Virus record (IMG/VR): IMGVR_UViG_3300032038_000001
Location: 186,396-250,395 of that record
Strand: one strand, 5' to 3'
DNA: 64,000 nt
Source of the DNA: a virus
Taxonomy: Duplodnaviria; Caudoviricetes
In this document: positions 9,669 through 20,400 of the stretch, one piece after another
Layout: each line of letters opens with the position of its first letter
Position numbering within the stretch: the first letter of the stretch is position 1
Position numbers and translations under genes: made by a program
The notes under the pieces: model-generated
What the model was told of the DNA's origin: nothing
Database searches by the model: none
The model's input: only the letters and a program-made list of their open reading frames with translations

Positions 9669-12146
9669 TTAATTATCTAAATCATCACGTTTAATCTGAT
9701 ATTTTTTCATTAGTTCCTTTCGCCGTTCCAAATCTTGTTTTCCAGGACCATGGATCATGTTCATAATTGAAAGTTCTCTTTCAACATCTTCAACCGTAAA
9801 CTGAACAGATACACGGTTATTCATATCAAGAGTTGTACTTCTAAGCTGTTTGCCTGAAAGCTCGCCTAATCCTTTGAATCGGGTTTTTATCTTAAGCGAA
9901 TATTTCATGGCATCATCAAGGAATTCTCCTATAGTCATTTCCTTAAGCTCTTTACCTTTTTCCTGAACCTCGAGAATATAACCATATTCTCTAATTACTG
10001 GAATAAGTCCATTATTCTTACGAATAAACCGATTGGAAACATTAATACTGCAGAATTTTCCTTCGACAACTCCGCTTAAAACAGTTTCATCATCGTTAAC
10101 GATTTCTGGAAATTTACTCTGAATATTACTCATAAAGACCTTTACAAATTTCTGATTGGAGAAAACTTTTTTAAGGTCATCATAATCTTCTGATGTTCTT
10201 ACAATATTCAAAAGTACCAGATAAGCTATGATTGCTTCTATGAGATATTTATTTACATTACCCATATCTTTAGCAACTCTTATAAGATTTTCTCTATAAT
10301 CATACGTATCCATTAAGAAATTATAAAGTTCATTCTTATCCATAAATTTCTTTTCTCCTTTAATACGTATCTTATAGTTCTTAACGAGTTTCTTATGATA
10401 CAACTCTACCATTTCAGCTTTGTTTGCAACATAGGGATGTTCTTTATCAGCAAGGGCATAGAGAGGTGAGAATACTTTATATATCTTACCAGCCTCAATA
10501 AGTGGTCTATAGTACTTATAAAAGAATGCCAACATACCACTACTAATATAAGCACCATCAATATCAGCATCTGTAAAGATGTTGATTCTATCGTAGTATA
10601 GCTTGTTGGGATCAAATGTTGGTCCAATTCCACATCTCATTACTGTTACCAAGTCATGCAGTTCTTTGTTTTGCATAATCTCTGAAAGAGAGCATTTAAA
10701 ACTATTAGCAACAACACCTCTAAACAAGAAAAATGCCTGAGTATCTGGGTCACATCCATTACGAGCAGAACCTGAAGCCGAGTTTCCCTCTACAAGAAAT
10801 AACTCTTTGAATTTCTTACCAGTATTATTAGCTCTTATGAAGTTCTTCATACCATGTTCAACAAAAGAATTTACACGTTCTTTTTTGACAGCAGATTTGA
10901 CTTTACTAGCTTCAACTCTTGCTTTAGCGTTAAGCTTAATAATCTTAATAAATTCATTAAGACAATTCTGGTTTTCACTGAAGAACTTATCAATTTCTCT
11001 ATTAAGAATTTCAGCTAAATATGGTATCAGTGTATCAGATCCGATTTTTGTTTTAGCATTACCAACAAATCCTACCTGTGCATTGGTTGAAAGATTGATA
11101 ACACAACAGAGACCAGAACGAATATCATCCCAAAGTATAGGAGTTTTTTCTTTCTGGTTATCAGTCATTGTTGCTTTGACTTTATTCTGCATATAATTAC
11201 AGAAGCATCTTTCAAAAGTATCCTGATGAATACCACCATCTATTGTGTTGGTGTAGTTACAATATGTGTCATAGTAAGTTACTGAATCAGGGACATATCT
11301 AAGAGCGACGTCAATATGAATATTTTTCTTAACTATTTCACTCTTTGTATTAACTTTTCCCGTTTCAGGGTCTATGACAGATTTCATAACTTTTTCTTTT
11401 ATAACAGTATCGCCACTGAAGTTACACTTAGGAGAGTATTTAGTATCAGTTGCTATTTTATCAAGGAGTTCATCAAACTTCCTCGGTTTAAAGGTGTATG
11501 TTTCTTTAAGCTTCATACCTTTGAAAACATCTACCTTTATCTTTAATTTCTTTTTACGAATAAAGAAAGTCATTTTCTCTATCCATTCAATCATATCTTT
11601 ATATGGAATAACTGTATTCGCACCAAGATATTTTCTTGCTGGAATAAATGAAATCCTCGAACCATGCTGAGGATCAGACTTCTTTAACGGTACTTTTTCA
11701 TCACTAATTTTCTCACCATCAGCAAATGTTATTGTATGCTTATATCCTTCATCTTCTCTGAATGAGGTAATGATAAATTTATCAGAAAGTGCGTTGACGA
11801 CCGTTAAACCAACGCCGAACTCTCCTGCACTCTCACCACCTTGGTCTCTAAAGAACTTAGAGCCACTCTGGTTCTTAGTACAAAAAATATCAAGAGGATA
11901 ATCCTTCTCAGGAAATCCTCTACCATCATCTTCACAAATAAGCATGTCAGATTCTTTATCATAAGATATATAGATATTTGAACCATTTGATTCAGGGTCT
12001 ATACATTCATCGATATTATTCTGTATAATCTCACGTGCTAAATGAAAAGCACCAGCAGGACCATACTTTTGAATATACAGATTTGTTTTAGTTTGAATCT
12101 TCTTTATATCAGATTCGATATAAAACATTTGTACATCTTTTGCCAT
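9669..12146 (-). CDS. gyrB: Type IIA topoisomerase subunit B (GyrB/ParE-like)
   Basis: GHKL motifs EIIQNNIDE, EDDGRG, GEFGVGLTVVNALS. TOPRIM motifs LVEGNSA, TDADIDG. C-terminal RFKGLGE. Confidence 0.95.
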   Translation of the reverse strand: MAKDVQMFYIESDIKKIQTKTNLYIQKYGPAGAFHLAREIIQNNIDECIDPESNGSNIYISYDKESDMLICEDDGRGFPEKDYPLDIFCTKNQSGSKFFRDQGGESAGEFGVGLTVVNALSDKFIITSFREDEGYKHTITFADGEKISDEKVPLKKSDPQHGSRISFIPARKYLGANTVIPYKDMIEWIEKMTFFIRKKKLKIKVDVFKGMKLKETYTFKPRKFDELLDKIATDTKYSPKCNFSGDTVIKEKVMKSVIDPETGKVNTKSEIVKKNIHIDVALRYVPDSVTYYDTYCNYTNTIDGGIHQDTFERCFCNYMQNKVKATMTDNQKEKTPILWDDIRSGLCCVINLSTNAQVGFVGNAKTKIGSDTLIPYLAEILNREIDKFFSENQNCLNEFIKIIKLNAKARVEASKVKSAVKKERVNSFVEHGMKNFIRANNTGKKFKELFLVEGNSASGSARNGCDPDTQAFFLFRGVVANSFKCSLSEIMQNKELHDLVTVMRCGIGPTFDPNKLYYDRINIFTDADIDGAYISSGMLAFFYKYYRPLIEAGKIYKVFSPLYALADKEHPYVANKAEMVELYHKKLVKNYKIRIKGEKKFMDKNELYNFLMDTYDYRENLIRVAKDMGNVNKYLIEAIIAYLVLLNIVRTSEDYDDLKKVFSNQKFVKVFMSNIQSKFPEIVNDDETVLSGVVEGKFCSINVSNRFIRKNNGLIPVIREYGYILEVQEKGKELKEMTIGEFLDDAMKYSLKIKTRFKGLGELSGKQLRSTTLDMNNRVSVQFTVEDVERELSIMNMIHGPGKQDLERRKELMKKYQIKRDDLDN

Positions 12147-12263
12147 TTTTATTCACAACCTTTCATCTTAACTATCTTTTTATTGGCATTACATACTTAT
12201 TTTTTTGTTTATTATTTAATTATATTTTATCCGTAGAGGTATACGAATAATAAACAAAAAATT

Positions 12264-12299
12264 AAGATGACGTTAGGAATTTCTTCCTAACGTCATCTT
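12264..12299 (-). terminator. Intrinsic terminator/hairpin
   Basis: AAGATGACGTTAGGAA/TTCCTAACGTCATCTT inverted repeat, with a U run on the minus strand. Confidence 0.65.
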
Positions 12300-12337
12300 T
12301 ATGCAAAAGAGAGTGATTCCCTCTCAAAGGGACATTA

Positions 12338-12817
12338 TTAATCAGTTCCCCATGAACCGAATTGCGATGATCCGCCACCGTTTTCATGGTTCTTGTTCTT
12401 CTTTCTACCGCCAAGCTTGCTTGACTTAACGGCAACATTACGTACTTTCTTGTACGCTTTCTTACTGTTCTTTAAAGCAACCGATGTACCTGAGAACAGC
12501 TCTGCTGCATCATCGGCTCCAATTGCGACCGACATAAATTTTGCCTGGTCGATGACCTTATTGATATCATCGAATATCTTTGTTAGGTCGTCATCCTTGT
12601 ACGGTGACGCACTAAACTTAGCACCACACATTGTGCAGGTACAAGTTCCATCACCTGCATTATAAATTGTAGGCTTCTTCTTACCCTTTTTGTTGAAACG
12701 CCAGTGTTCACACTTAGCTTTCAACTCTTTGGTTTCTTTCTTATTCTTTCCCTTGAGTTTTCCCTTTTTTGTCACGTTAGCTGATATCAGCCTTAAAGTG
12801 CTTTCTTTCTTTGCCAT
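12338..12817 (-). CDS. Small basic protein with possible Zn site (CEH...CTCTMC); early gene
   Basis: Lys-rich 159 aa; RBS GAAAGGA; early motif upstream. Confidence 0.6.
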   Translation of the reverse strand: MAKKESTLRLISANVTKKGKLKGKNKKETKELKAKCEHWRFNKKGKKKPTIYNAGDGTCTCTMCGAKFSASPYKDDDLTKIFDDINKVIDQAKFMSVAIGADDAAELFSGTSVALKNSKKAYKKVRNVAVKSSKLGGRKKNKNHENGGGSSQFGSWGTD

Positions 12818-12878
12818 GATTAAATCATCCTTTCAGAATTTATTGATGTATTTTTCAAGTCATTTATGACTTCTTATA

Positions 12879-12896
12879 CTTAAATATAATATATAA
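12879..12896 (-). promoter_or_regulatory. Putative early promoter (TTATATATTATATTTAAG)
   Basis: TYATAYATYAT motif shared by seven non-structural gene leaders; resembles the phiKZ early TATATTAC core. Confidence 0.5.
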
Positions 12897-12920
12897 TCAA
12901 ATCACTAATTTGAGTTTTGA

Positions 12921-13991
12921 TTATCTTCTTGAATAGCTCTTACCTGTACTGATATCAAGAGCTATAACATTTCTTATGCCATACTTCTTAAGAAGCTCAA
13001 TAGGAATATCAACGTCAATAGTTGTTATTGCCGATATATGGTCTTTTTCAAGACTTGCAAGATAAGTATCAAGAATACGTTCATTTTCTTCATCAGTCTC
13101 ACCAGTAAGAGAAGTAATCTCATATTTAAGTTTTGTATCCTTAAATCTTTCAAAGAGATAATCATCAACCTCACTATTATATGATGAAGGTCTATCATTA
13201 TCAGTAGGATCGATAGTTACCGTATTTGCAGGTATTTGTTGACCCTTGGCTTCTACCATACCATTTTCATCCGCCTTACAGATAAACACCTGAGTTAGCA
13301 TTGAATTTTCATCGGGTCTTATTCTTATCTTGAGACTTCCCTTATACTTGTTATTGAGAGACTTAAGTTTTGCAACCGCATTACTATCAGCGTCATCAAT
13401 TCTGAAATCAGGATTGCCATTACCGTCAATAATAATTGATGCAGTCTTATAAACCTTTGATTCAGTATCGAAGAAACTAATCTTAAATACTGTATCGGTT
13501 TCAGCGAACATATGGGCCATACTATCTACTACAGCAACACATCCAGTATACTTGTCTGTTTTACCAAAACTTGAAAGTATCGGATAATCTGTAGCATAAG
13601 TAAGAATCTTATATCTAGGCTGTTCTACAGCAATATATACAATGTGATACTCAGATGCTTCAGCATCCTTGGGAACAAAGTTTGTAAACAGCATCGGCTT
13701 AAGATTTTTTCTGTTATTTACAAACTTATATGCCTTGTCGGCATTCTTATAAAGTTTATACTGTTCAACTGAAAAAGGAATAGAAACATCATTCCTTTCA
13801 CTTACCTCAAAATCCTTGATAAATGACTTAATATCAGGTTTTCTGAGCATTTGCAGTGAGTTTACATTACTCTTTATCTGCAACTTCTGTCTTATATCAG
13901 GAAACTCAAAAAATTTGTTTCCATATTTATCATATGTTACATCAAGGTTCCTATCTTCGGATATAGTTCCGATTGTAAATTTGTAAATCAT
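12921..13991 (-). CDS. Hypothetical protein
   Basis: 356-aa ORF with RBS AAGGAG; no motif recognised. Confidence 0.7.
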   Translation of the reverse strand: MIYKFTIGTISEDRNLDVTYDKYGNKFFEFPDIRQKLQIKSNVNSLQMLRKPDIKSFIKDFEVSERNDVSIPFSVEQYKLYKNADKAYKFVNNRKNLKPMLFTNFVPKDAEASEYHIVYIAVEQPRYKILTYATDYPILSSFGKTDKYTGCVAVVDSMAHMFAETDTVFKISFFDTESKVYKTASIIIDGNGNPDFRIDDADSNAVAKLKSLNNKYKGSLKIRIRPDENSMLTQVFICKADENGMVEAKGQQIPANTVTIDPTDNDRPSSYNSEVDDYLFERFKDTKLKYEITSLTGETDEENERILDTYLASLEKDHISAITTIDVDIPIELLKKYGIRNVIALDISTGKSYSRR

Positions 13992-14086
13992 TGTAGATTC
14001 TCTCCTTTTATTTTTAAAAAATAAACTAACCCCGAAACTTAATCCGGGGCTAGTTTTTAATTTACAGTTAGTACTAAAATAGCTTT

Positions 14087-15034
14087 TTAACTAAGGTACT
14101 TTTTATTTACCTCTGATTCAGATACCTTTTTCTGAACCATTTTGAAGATTCTCGGGTAATCTGTTTCAGACAGACTTGTCAGAGAATATCTTCTGGGTGA
14201 GTCTTTACCCTTAGACTCATCTATCTTTCGAGCCTGAATAATAGTATCCAGAACTCTCTCAATAGAATCTCTATCGAGAGACTCTAATGTATCGAAACAC
14301 CAATTTGATACGCTAAGGTAAAATGCCTTCTGATTATCGGTCAGATGGCCAAACACTTCCTTTCTCTCACAAAGGAAGAACTTTATGAATGGAGCGTACC
14401 ACTCCTTGTCAACCAGAAGGTTCATGATTTCAGCAAAAGGTATAACCTTTGCCTTCGAATGTTCGTACAGGACCTTCTCGAAACTTGCTATCCTGAAGTT
14501 GTAAGACTTTTCAAGACAGCTGTCTGTCGGTATTATCGACAGAACGTCGAAAGCGATGTTTTCATCAATTCCTGCTTTCGTAAACTTCTTGATTTTCTTA
14601 CTCAGAATCATCTGTCCGAGTTCTATCAAGTCATTACCTGTATACACAGTAGCGTTTGGATTCTCGGCAAGAATCTGTGCATTCTGGGAGTTAATTGTCT
14701 CAATCATCTCGCCAATTATAATCGGGAACAACTTGATATTTTTTATCTTATTCCCTCGCTTAAGTTCTTTCTTTACAGACTTTATAAAGTCTTCGTTGCA
14801 GAACTTATTAAGAACAGCATTGTAAATTTCAGGCTCCTCACGCTTAATGAGATAGCCATATTTTACCATCGCTTCAATTACTTCAGGAAGCATATCCACG
14901 AGGTAAAGGTTGAATGACTTCATAGCCTCTTTCTTACTATCAAAGTCATTATGCTTCTTGTACTTCTTATAAGAAGCTTTGGCGAATTCTTTTACCTCAC
15001 TAGGTACTTTAAACTTGTTCTTGTTTTCCGACAT
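14087..15034 (-). CDS. Hypothetical alpha-helical protein; early gene
   Basis: 315-aa ORF, RBS GAAAGGAG, early motif at 15146-15156. Confidence 0.7.
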   Translation of the reverse strand: MSENKNKFKVPSEVKEFAKASYKKYKKHNDFDSKKEAMKSFNLYLVDMLPEVIEAMVKYGYLIKREEPEIYNAVLNKFCNEDFIKSVKKELKRGNKIKNIKLFPIIIGEMIETINSQNAQILAENPNATVYTGNDLIELGQMILSKKIKKFTKAGIDENIAFDVLSIIPTDSCLEKSYNFRIASFEKVLYEHSKAKVIPFAEIMNLLVDKEWYAPFIKFFLCERKEVFGHLTDNQKAFYLSVSNWCFDTLESLDRDSIERVLDTIIQARKIDESKGKDSPRRYSLTSLSETDYPRIFKMVQKKVSESEVNKKYLS

Positions 15035-15089
15035 GTCCGAAAACTCCTTTCAAAATATAAATTTTTTTAAACCGGTTTGTGGTTAGATA

Positions 15090-15134
15090 ATTGTGAGTAA
15101 TGTGATAAAATATTATTATCACATTACTCACAAT
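15090..15134. other. 19-bp-stem hairpin (5'-UTR stem or weak terminator)
   Basis: ATTGTGAGTAATGTGATAA/TTATCACATTACTCACAAT. Confidence 0.6.
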
Positions 15135-15145
15135 ATATCGTATAT

Positions 15146-15156
15146 ATAATATATGA
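15146..15156 (-). promoter_or_regulatory. Putative early promoter (TCATATATTAT)
   Basis: Matches TYATAYATYAT. Confidence 0.45.
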
Positions 15157-15163
15157 TTTCAAC

Positions 15164-16324
15164 TTAAATCATGAATTTATCAAAGATATCCTTTAAATCA
15201 ACTTCCTTTACATCACTAGATGATTTGGTATCTTTTGATGCAACTTCGCCACTAAGCTTAGAAAGTTCTATTTCATTTAAAGCATTATCTTCGTCAAGAG
15301 CTCTTTGTTTCTCTTTTATTTCGTCAACTCTATCTGATATCTTATGTATCTTATCATTTACAGGTGTGAGACCTGATAGAATAAGAAATACATTATTAGG
15401 AAGTTTACGTTCCTCATTAATATAGATATGATTAAAATCATGAATCGGGTCTCCAATAAAATCACGTACCTTGGGTACATGATTATCAAATGTTTCCGAT
15501 ATTGTAGTTGATAAATTTGTAATAATGCCAGATGCGGTTATCTTCTTATCACGCTGTGCTTCAACATGGCAATTTTTCTTAATCACATCTATCAACATAT
15601 CTTCAATGGTCTTATTATCCAGATCTTTCTCAGCAATCTTTTGAAGTCTTGCCACTACAATACGTCCAGGGAATGAAATAAGTCTCATCATATCCTGTTC
15701 GTCTATAGAATCAAATCTGGTAGTCATATTATATGTACATCTAAGTACATCAATGTCGTTTACTATTTCTTCATTAACTTTTTCCATCATCTGATATGAC
15801 GGTAATGAAGCAAGCTTGTCATTATCATACAGCATATATGTCTGATTTGATAATTGTGTATAAAGCTCATTGAGATATTCAAGTGTGTTAACATGAGCAC
15901 TCAGAGCTTCATTATTAACTGGTAATACACCTATGAGTATGACCTTAAGATCTACATATGTAGCCTGAATAATATTAGCCATAAGAGGTGCTGTTCCACT
16001 ACCAGTTCCACCACCAGTAGAACTAACAATAAATAACACATCGAGTTCGTCTATAAAAGATTGTACATCATTGGCTGATAAAAATGCCATAATACTATCT
16101 TTTAAATAACTCTTTGCAAGTGCACGATTTTTACCAGCACCTTGTGATAAACCGTCTGCACTGGATATTAATTTTCTAGGAATAGATGCAGGAACTGTTT
16201 CAAGGTCTTTTTCACTGCTATTTATAGCAAGCACCGGTATCTTTAGTTTATCCTGAGCTAGAGCAGCAACCTGATTTCCCGTATTTCCTATTCCCACTAT
16301 ACCTACTTTTAGCATAGTATTCAT
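15164..16324 (-). CDS. Tubulin/FtsZ-family GTPase (PhuZ/TubZ-like)
   Basis: VGIGNTGNQV (T1), INSS, GAGKNR, STGGGTGSG signature, YDND, SIDEQD (T7-like) and a C-terminal tail. Confidence 0.9.
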   Translation of the reverse strand: MNTMLKVGIVGIGNTGNQVAALAQDKLKIPVLAINSSEKDLETVPASIPRKLISSADGLSQGAGKNRALAKSYLKDSIMAFLSANDVQSFIDELDVLFIVSSTGGGTGSGTAPLMANIIQATYVDLKVILIGVLPVNNEALSAHVNTLEYLNELYTQLSNQTYMLYDNDKLASLPSYQMMEKVNEEIVNDIDVLRCTYNMTTRFDSIDEQDMMRLISFPGRIVVARLQKIAEKDLDNKTIEDMLIDVIKKNCHVEAQRDKKITASGIITNLSTTISETFDNHVPKVRDFIGDPIHDFNHIYINEERKLPNNVFLILSGLTPVNDKIHKISDRVDEIKEKQRALDEDNALNEIELSKLSGEVASKDTKSSSDVKEVDLKDIFDKFMI

Positions 16325-16388
16325 TCTCCTTTACTAAATATTTTAATGAATTACTTCAATAAAATATTGTACTAAATAAAATGTATTA

Positions 16389-17426
16389 TCAAGCACCATA
16401 TACTCTGTAAATAATATTGAGGTCTCTAGATAATGTAAGATACTCTGTAGGAATTGTAAGTTTAGAAAATAATCTTACATCTTGATAATCTCCATCAGTA
16501 TCAAGGGTTCCTTCGGTAATAAATCTTCCACTAAATAAAGCAATCGTATTAACACGTGCTCTATCTTCTTGACCAAGAGCAGCAAACCACTCTTTTACAT
16601 CCTTTTTAGAAATCTTTAAGAAAATTTCGGTAAATGATTCAACATCATTTAATGAATTGGTATTTTTACGTACATCTTCTTCAGATACTACGTTTTCTGC
16701 ATCATCTATTTCCTCATCTTCACCAATTTTCCATACATGTTTGATAGTGGGTTCGGCTTCAAATCGTTTAAGATAGTATGATATAATACCTTCATCATTT
16801 CTAACTTTACCAAAATACTTTTTACGTTCACTTTCAGCTTGAAGCTGAGTATTGGTGTACCTGAAAGGTACCATTGTACCCTGAATAGTCTGACCATCTT
16901 CAGATGCAATACTTATATCAAGTGAATTTTCCCTGTAGTTCACAGGAAATTTAGTTATATCATTTTCAGCAGTACCAGTGATACCAATACCAAAAAGCTG
17001 TACTAAATGTCCATGTCTATAAATAATAGTTTTTTCACCATCAGGGGTTGTATATGTTTCATCGGGAGGAACTGAATTAGGGGGTCCTACGGGATGCTCA
17101 TAACTAGCAAAATGAGCAAGACTGCTATCATTTGTATTAGTTATATCGTAAAGGGTAGGAATCTCAATTTCTCCTTTAACACCGAAAAGTTGTTCCATGA
17201 CAAATTGGACTCCTCCAAGAGGAACCATATTGGATGATATTGAAAATGGTGAACCTGGTGCAAAAGATGACTTACCATTTGGATTATTGACTATTTCTCC
17301 ATTACTACAGAGAATTTCTGTCTTTCTCCATAATGTAGGGGACTTCTTCAATATTTCAGGGAAATCAGGCATAGCAACATGACGCTGGTCCTGAATAGAT
17401 AATTTATCTGATGCGATTATAGGCAT
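16389..17426 (-). CDS. Hypothetical virion structural protein (baseplate region)
   Basis: 345 aa, beta-rich; late promoter at 17461-17472. Confidence 0.55.
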   Translation of the reverse strand: MPIIASDKLSIQDQRHVAMPDFPEILKKSPTLWRKTEILCSNGEIVNNPNGKSSFAPGSPFSISSNMVPLGGVQFVMEQLFGVKGEIEIPTLYDITNTNDSSLAHFASYEHPVGPPNSVPPDETYTTPDGEKTIIYRHGHLVQLFGIGITGTAENDITKFPVNYRENSLDISIASEDGQTIQGTMVPFRYTNTQLQAESERKKYFGKVRNDEGIISYYLKRFEAEPTIKHVWKIGEDEEIDDAENVVSEEDVRKNTNSLNDVESFTEIFLKISKKDVKEWFAALGQEDRARVNTIALFSGRFITEGTLDTDGDYQDVRLFSKLTIPTEYLTLSRDLNIIYRVYGA

Positions 17427-17460
17427 TTATAAATCATTCCTTTCTTGAATATTTTTATGT

Positions 17461-17472
17461 TATTATGATGTT
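17461..17472 (-). promoter_or_regulatory. Late promoter motif (AACATCATAATA)
   Basis: AACA-N6-TA match upstream of the RBS. Confidence 0.65.
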
Positions 17473-17485
17473 TTCGGTTGATATT

Positions 17486-20400
17486 TTAATCAAGCGAACC
17501 AATATATTTATTATAGAGCCATTTTGTATTTTCTTGTAACTCTGAACTATTGTGATTAATATTAGCAACCAGATATGCTTTCATTTGAATACCACACATA
17601 TAATGTGAATATCCGTCGTGAACATCTTTAAATCCTTTACCAATATTATTATTTGGCATTACTTTCACATTGAAATCTGCTGTATCACCATCATCAAAAT
17701 CTCCAAGATTTGAAAATGTATGGTCAAGACAACGTTCGCCATCAATATAAATTTTAATTGTATTATTTGATTGAGATATACCTATTACGTGCCAATCTCT
17801 AACATCTTTATTTGTGATTATTTCGACAAAATCATTTTTGAGTTCTATTGAACTTGTCTTTGGAATATATTCTCGTATATTTATATTTGTGGTTCCTAAT
17901 CCAGAATGTATATCAACAATTGGTGTACTTATAAATCTGACACTAGGACCTTTACCAGCATCAGGAAAACCTGTAAAATCACCAATATCATCTGATTTAC
18001 AAATTATATATGCAGTATATTTATATCTATCCGGTATAATATAGTCGGGACTAACATTAAAGAAACCACCATTATAACTTAATGGATCATTTGTATATCT
18101 CTCATCATAAATCAGATTAAAATAATCATCAATTAATTCAACAGCAGGTGATGATATGAGCATTGATATAGATGAGTCTATTTCTCCTTCACTACCACTA
18201 CTTCCGCTCATTAAATTTGATAATAATACAGAAGTTGATACTGATGTTATAGTTGATGTAGAATCATACCATGCAAATATACCACGCTTTGACGGCATTT
18301 TTCCAGTATTATCAGGATCAGTAAACCATGGTTTTGGGATTATATCAGCAAATTTACAGTTATCATTAAGATTGTAATTTACATATGAAGAAATACTATC
18401 CCAGAAACTAAAGTTAAGTGTTTCTTTAGGAACTATTGTTTTATCGATATAATGTACCTTATCAATTAATCGTAATAAATTTTCTTCTTTAAAATCACAT
18501 ATAAAAATGATATCTAAACCTATGAAATCAACAGTGAATGATTTTATAAATTTAATCATTTTCATTAATAATTCTTCGAGTAATGATGATACACCATTCA
18601 ACATATGTGAAAAATTAATATCATCAATCAACGTCTTTAATCTTGATATAATATGGTTTATAAAGTAGTATATCTTTGAACTAATGAAACTTGCATTATT
18701 AGCTTCGCCCTCAGTTATACCGCTTATATTATCATATTTAACATCAATTAAACCAGCATTAACTGCTTGCTTAAATCCGTTATAATCCTCGGGATTACTA
18801 AATATTTTTACTCGATCTCCAACTTTAACATTACTAATATGTGAAGTTACATCGCTGTAATGTATCTGATTTTCTCCGAGAGGGTCACTATCATCTACAA
18901 CTAAAAGAGAATCGGGGTCATCAACTGTGCTATATATGAATGTAGGAAAATTACGAGTTCTCTTAAATATATCATATTCTTCATCTATATCAAAATGAAA
19001 AATTGACCTATACAGCATCGGATTTATATAATATAAATACTCAAAAAATGATTTAGCAATCCTTTTCTGAGTAGAGCCATCTATATCTGTATAAGAAATA
19101 GTAAATATGTCTTGTATTTCCTTAGCATAAAAAGCCGCTTGATAAAAAGTCCTGAGAGAATTGTATCTATATTTATCATCTTCATCAAGAAGTTTTTCAT
19201 TTATGAATCTATATAATCCTTTTATATTTTTATATACAAGATTTAATGCTTCAAGTTTTTCAGCTCTTGATTTTTGTTCACCTTCAAGGGCTAAAACATT
19301 TTTGATATAATTTTCAAATCTATCAACATCATCTCCATGAATATCAATAGACCCTTCTACAACTTTTCCCTCTTTTATAAGATTTTCTACAGTATAATGA
19401 TTTACATTTTTTTCAAGTACAACAGGTTTATCATCTACTGTTTTACTACCAGAATAATAGGTATAAAACGGAGAATTATCAAAAACATAATAATTTCCAT
19501 CTTCATCAATTAAGCCATGAACTATCTTACCAAGAGATTTTTTAACATTTTCAATATCTTGTATACCATCTTCAGACATAAGATAATCGAAATCAAAAGA
19601 AAATGTATCAACTAAACCAAGTTCTGTTTGGTTTCTTGAATTAAGATAATCTAATACTGATATGATGGATGTAGGAAGAGAAATTATATCTCCACTCAAA
19701 TTATGTTTCCGTAATACAAGACAGATTAAAAGTATAACAGTATCAAATAAAGATACTGTAGCACCATTAATAATTTTAGGTATAGAAACACTAACACCAT
19801 CAATAACTTCCTTATAATGAAATATAGATTTAAGAAGTAATATATTCTCAAATAAAACTTCTGTCATATTATATTCAAGGCCTAAACTCAAATATTTTGT
19901 TTCGACAAAATTATATTCGGTCTGATACTTACGGTCTATAAGATTTTGATCTTCATACCAGAATGCATCATCAAGTGTTATATTATTATATTCAACTCTA
20001 TTTACCTGAGAATTAAATGAACGTATGAAATCATTCTCCATAAGTTCTTCTTTTTGGAAATAAATATCATACATTGCAGGATAATCTGGTACGGTTTCTT
20101 TATACCCAGTATCAGTATTGAATTTCTCAACCGTTTTAAATATAGGACAACCATATTGGTCCATCTTGTGTTTTTTTGCAAGATAATATTTATACGCAGT
20201 CATATTATTAAAGCCAAGTAAATTAGCGATATTATATATAACTTTATTTGTAGCCTTATTAATAATAATCATATTCAAATTCTGTGCTATCAGATTTTGT
20301 GTATCTATATCAGCATAGATGTCATATGGCATATTGTATGCTTCATACAACATTCTTACCGCATAAGTATCAAAGAAATTTCTTTTAACTTCAAACGGTA

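Noticed and set aside
9900-10430. GyrB extra ~170 aa as an intein
   Set aside because: No Cys/Ser start, His-Asn end or LAGLIDADG motifs; the position matches the ordinary post-TOPRIM insert seen in E. coli-type GyrB.
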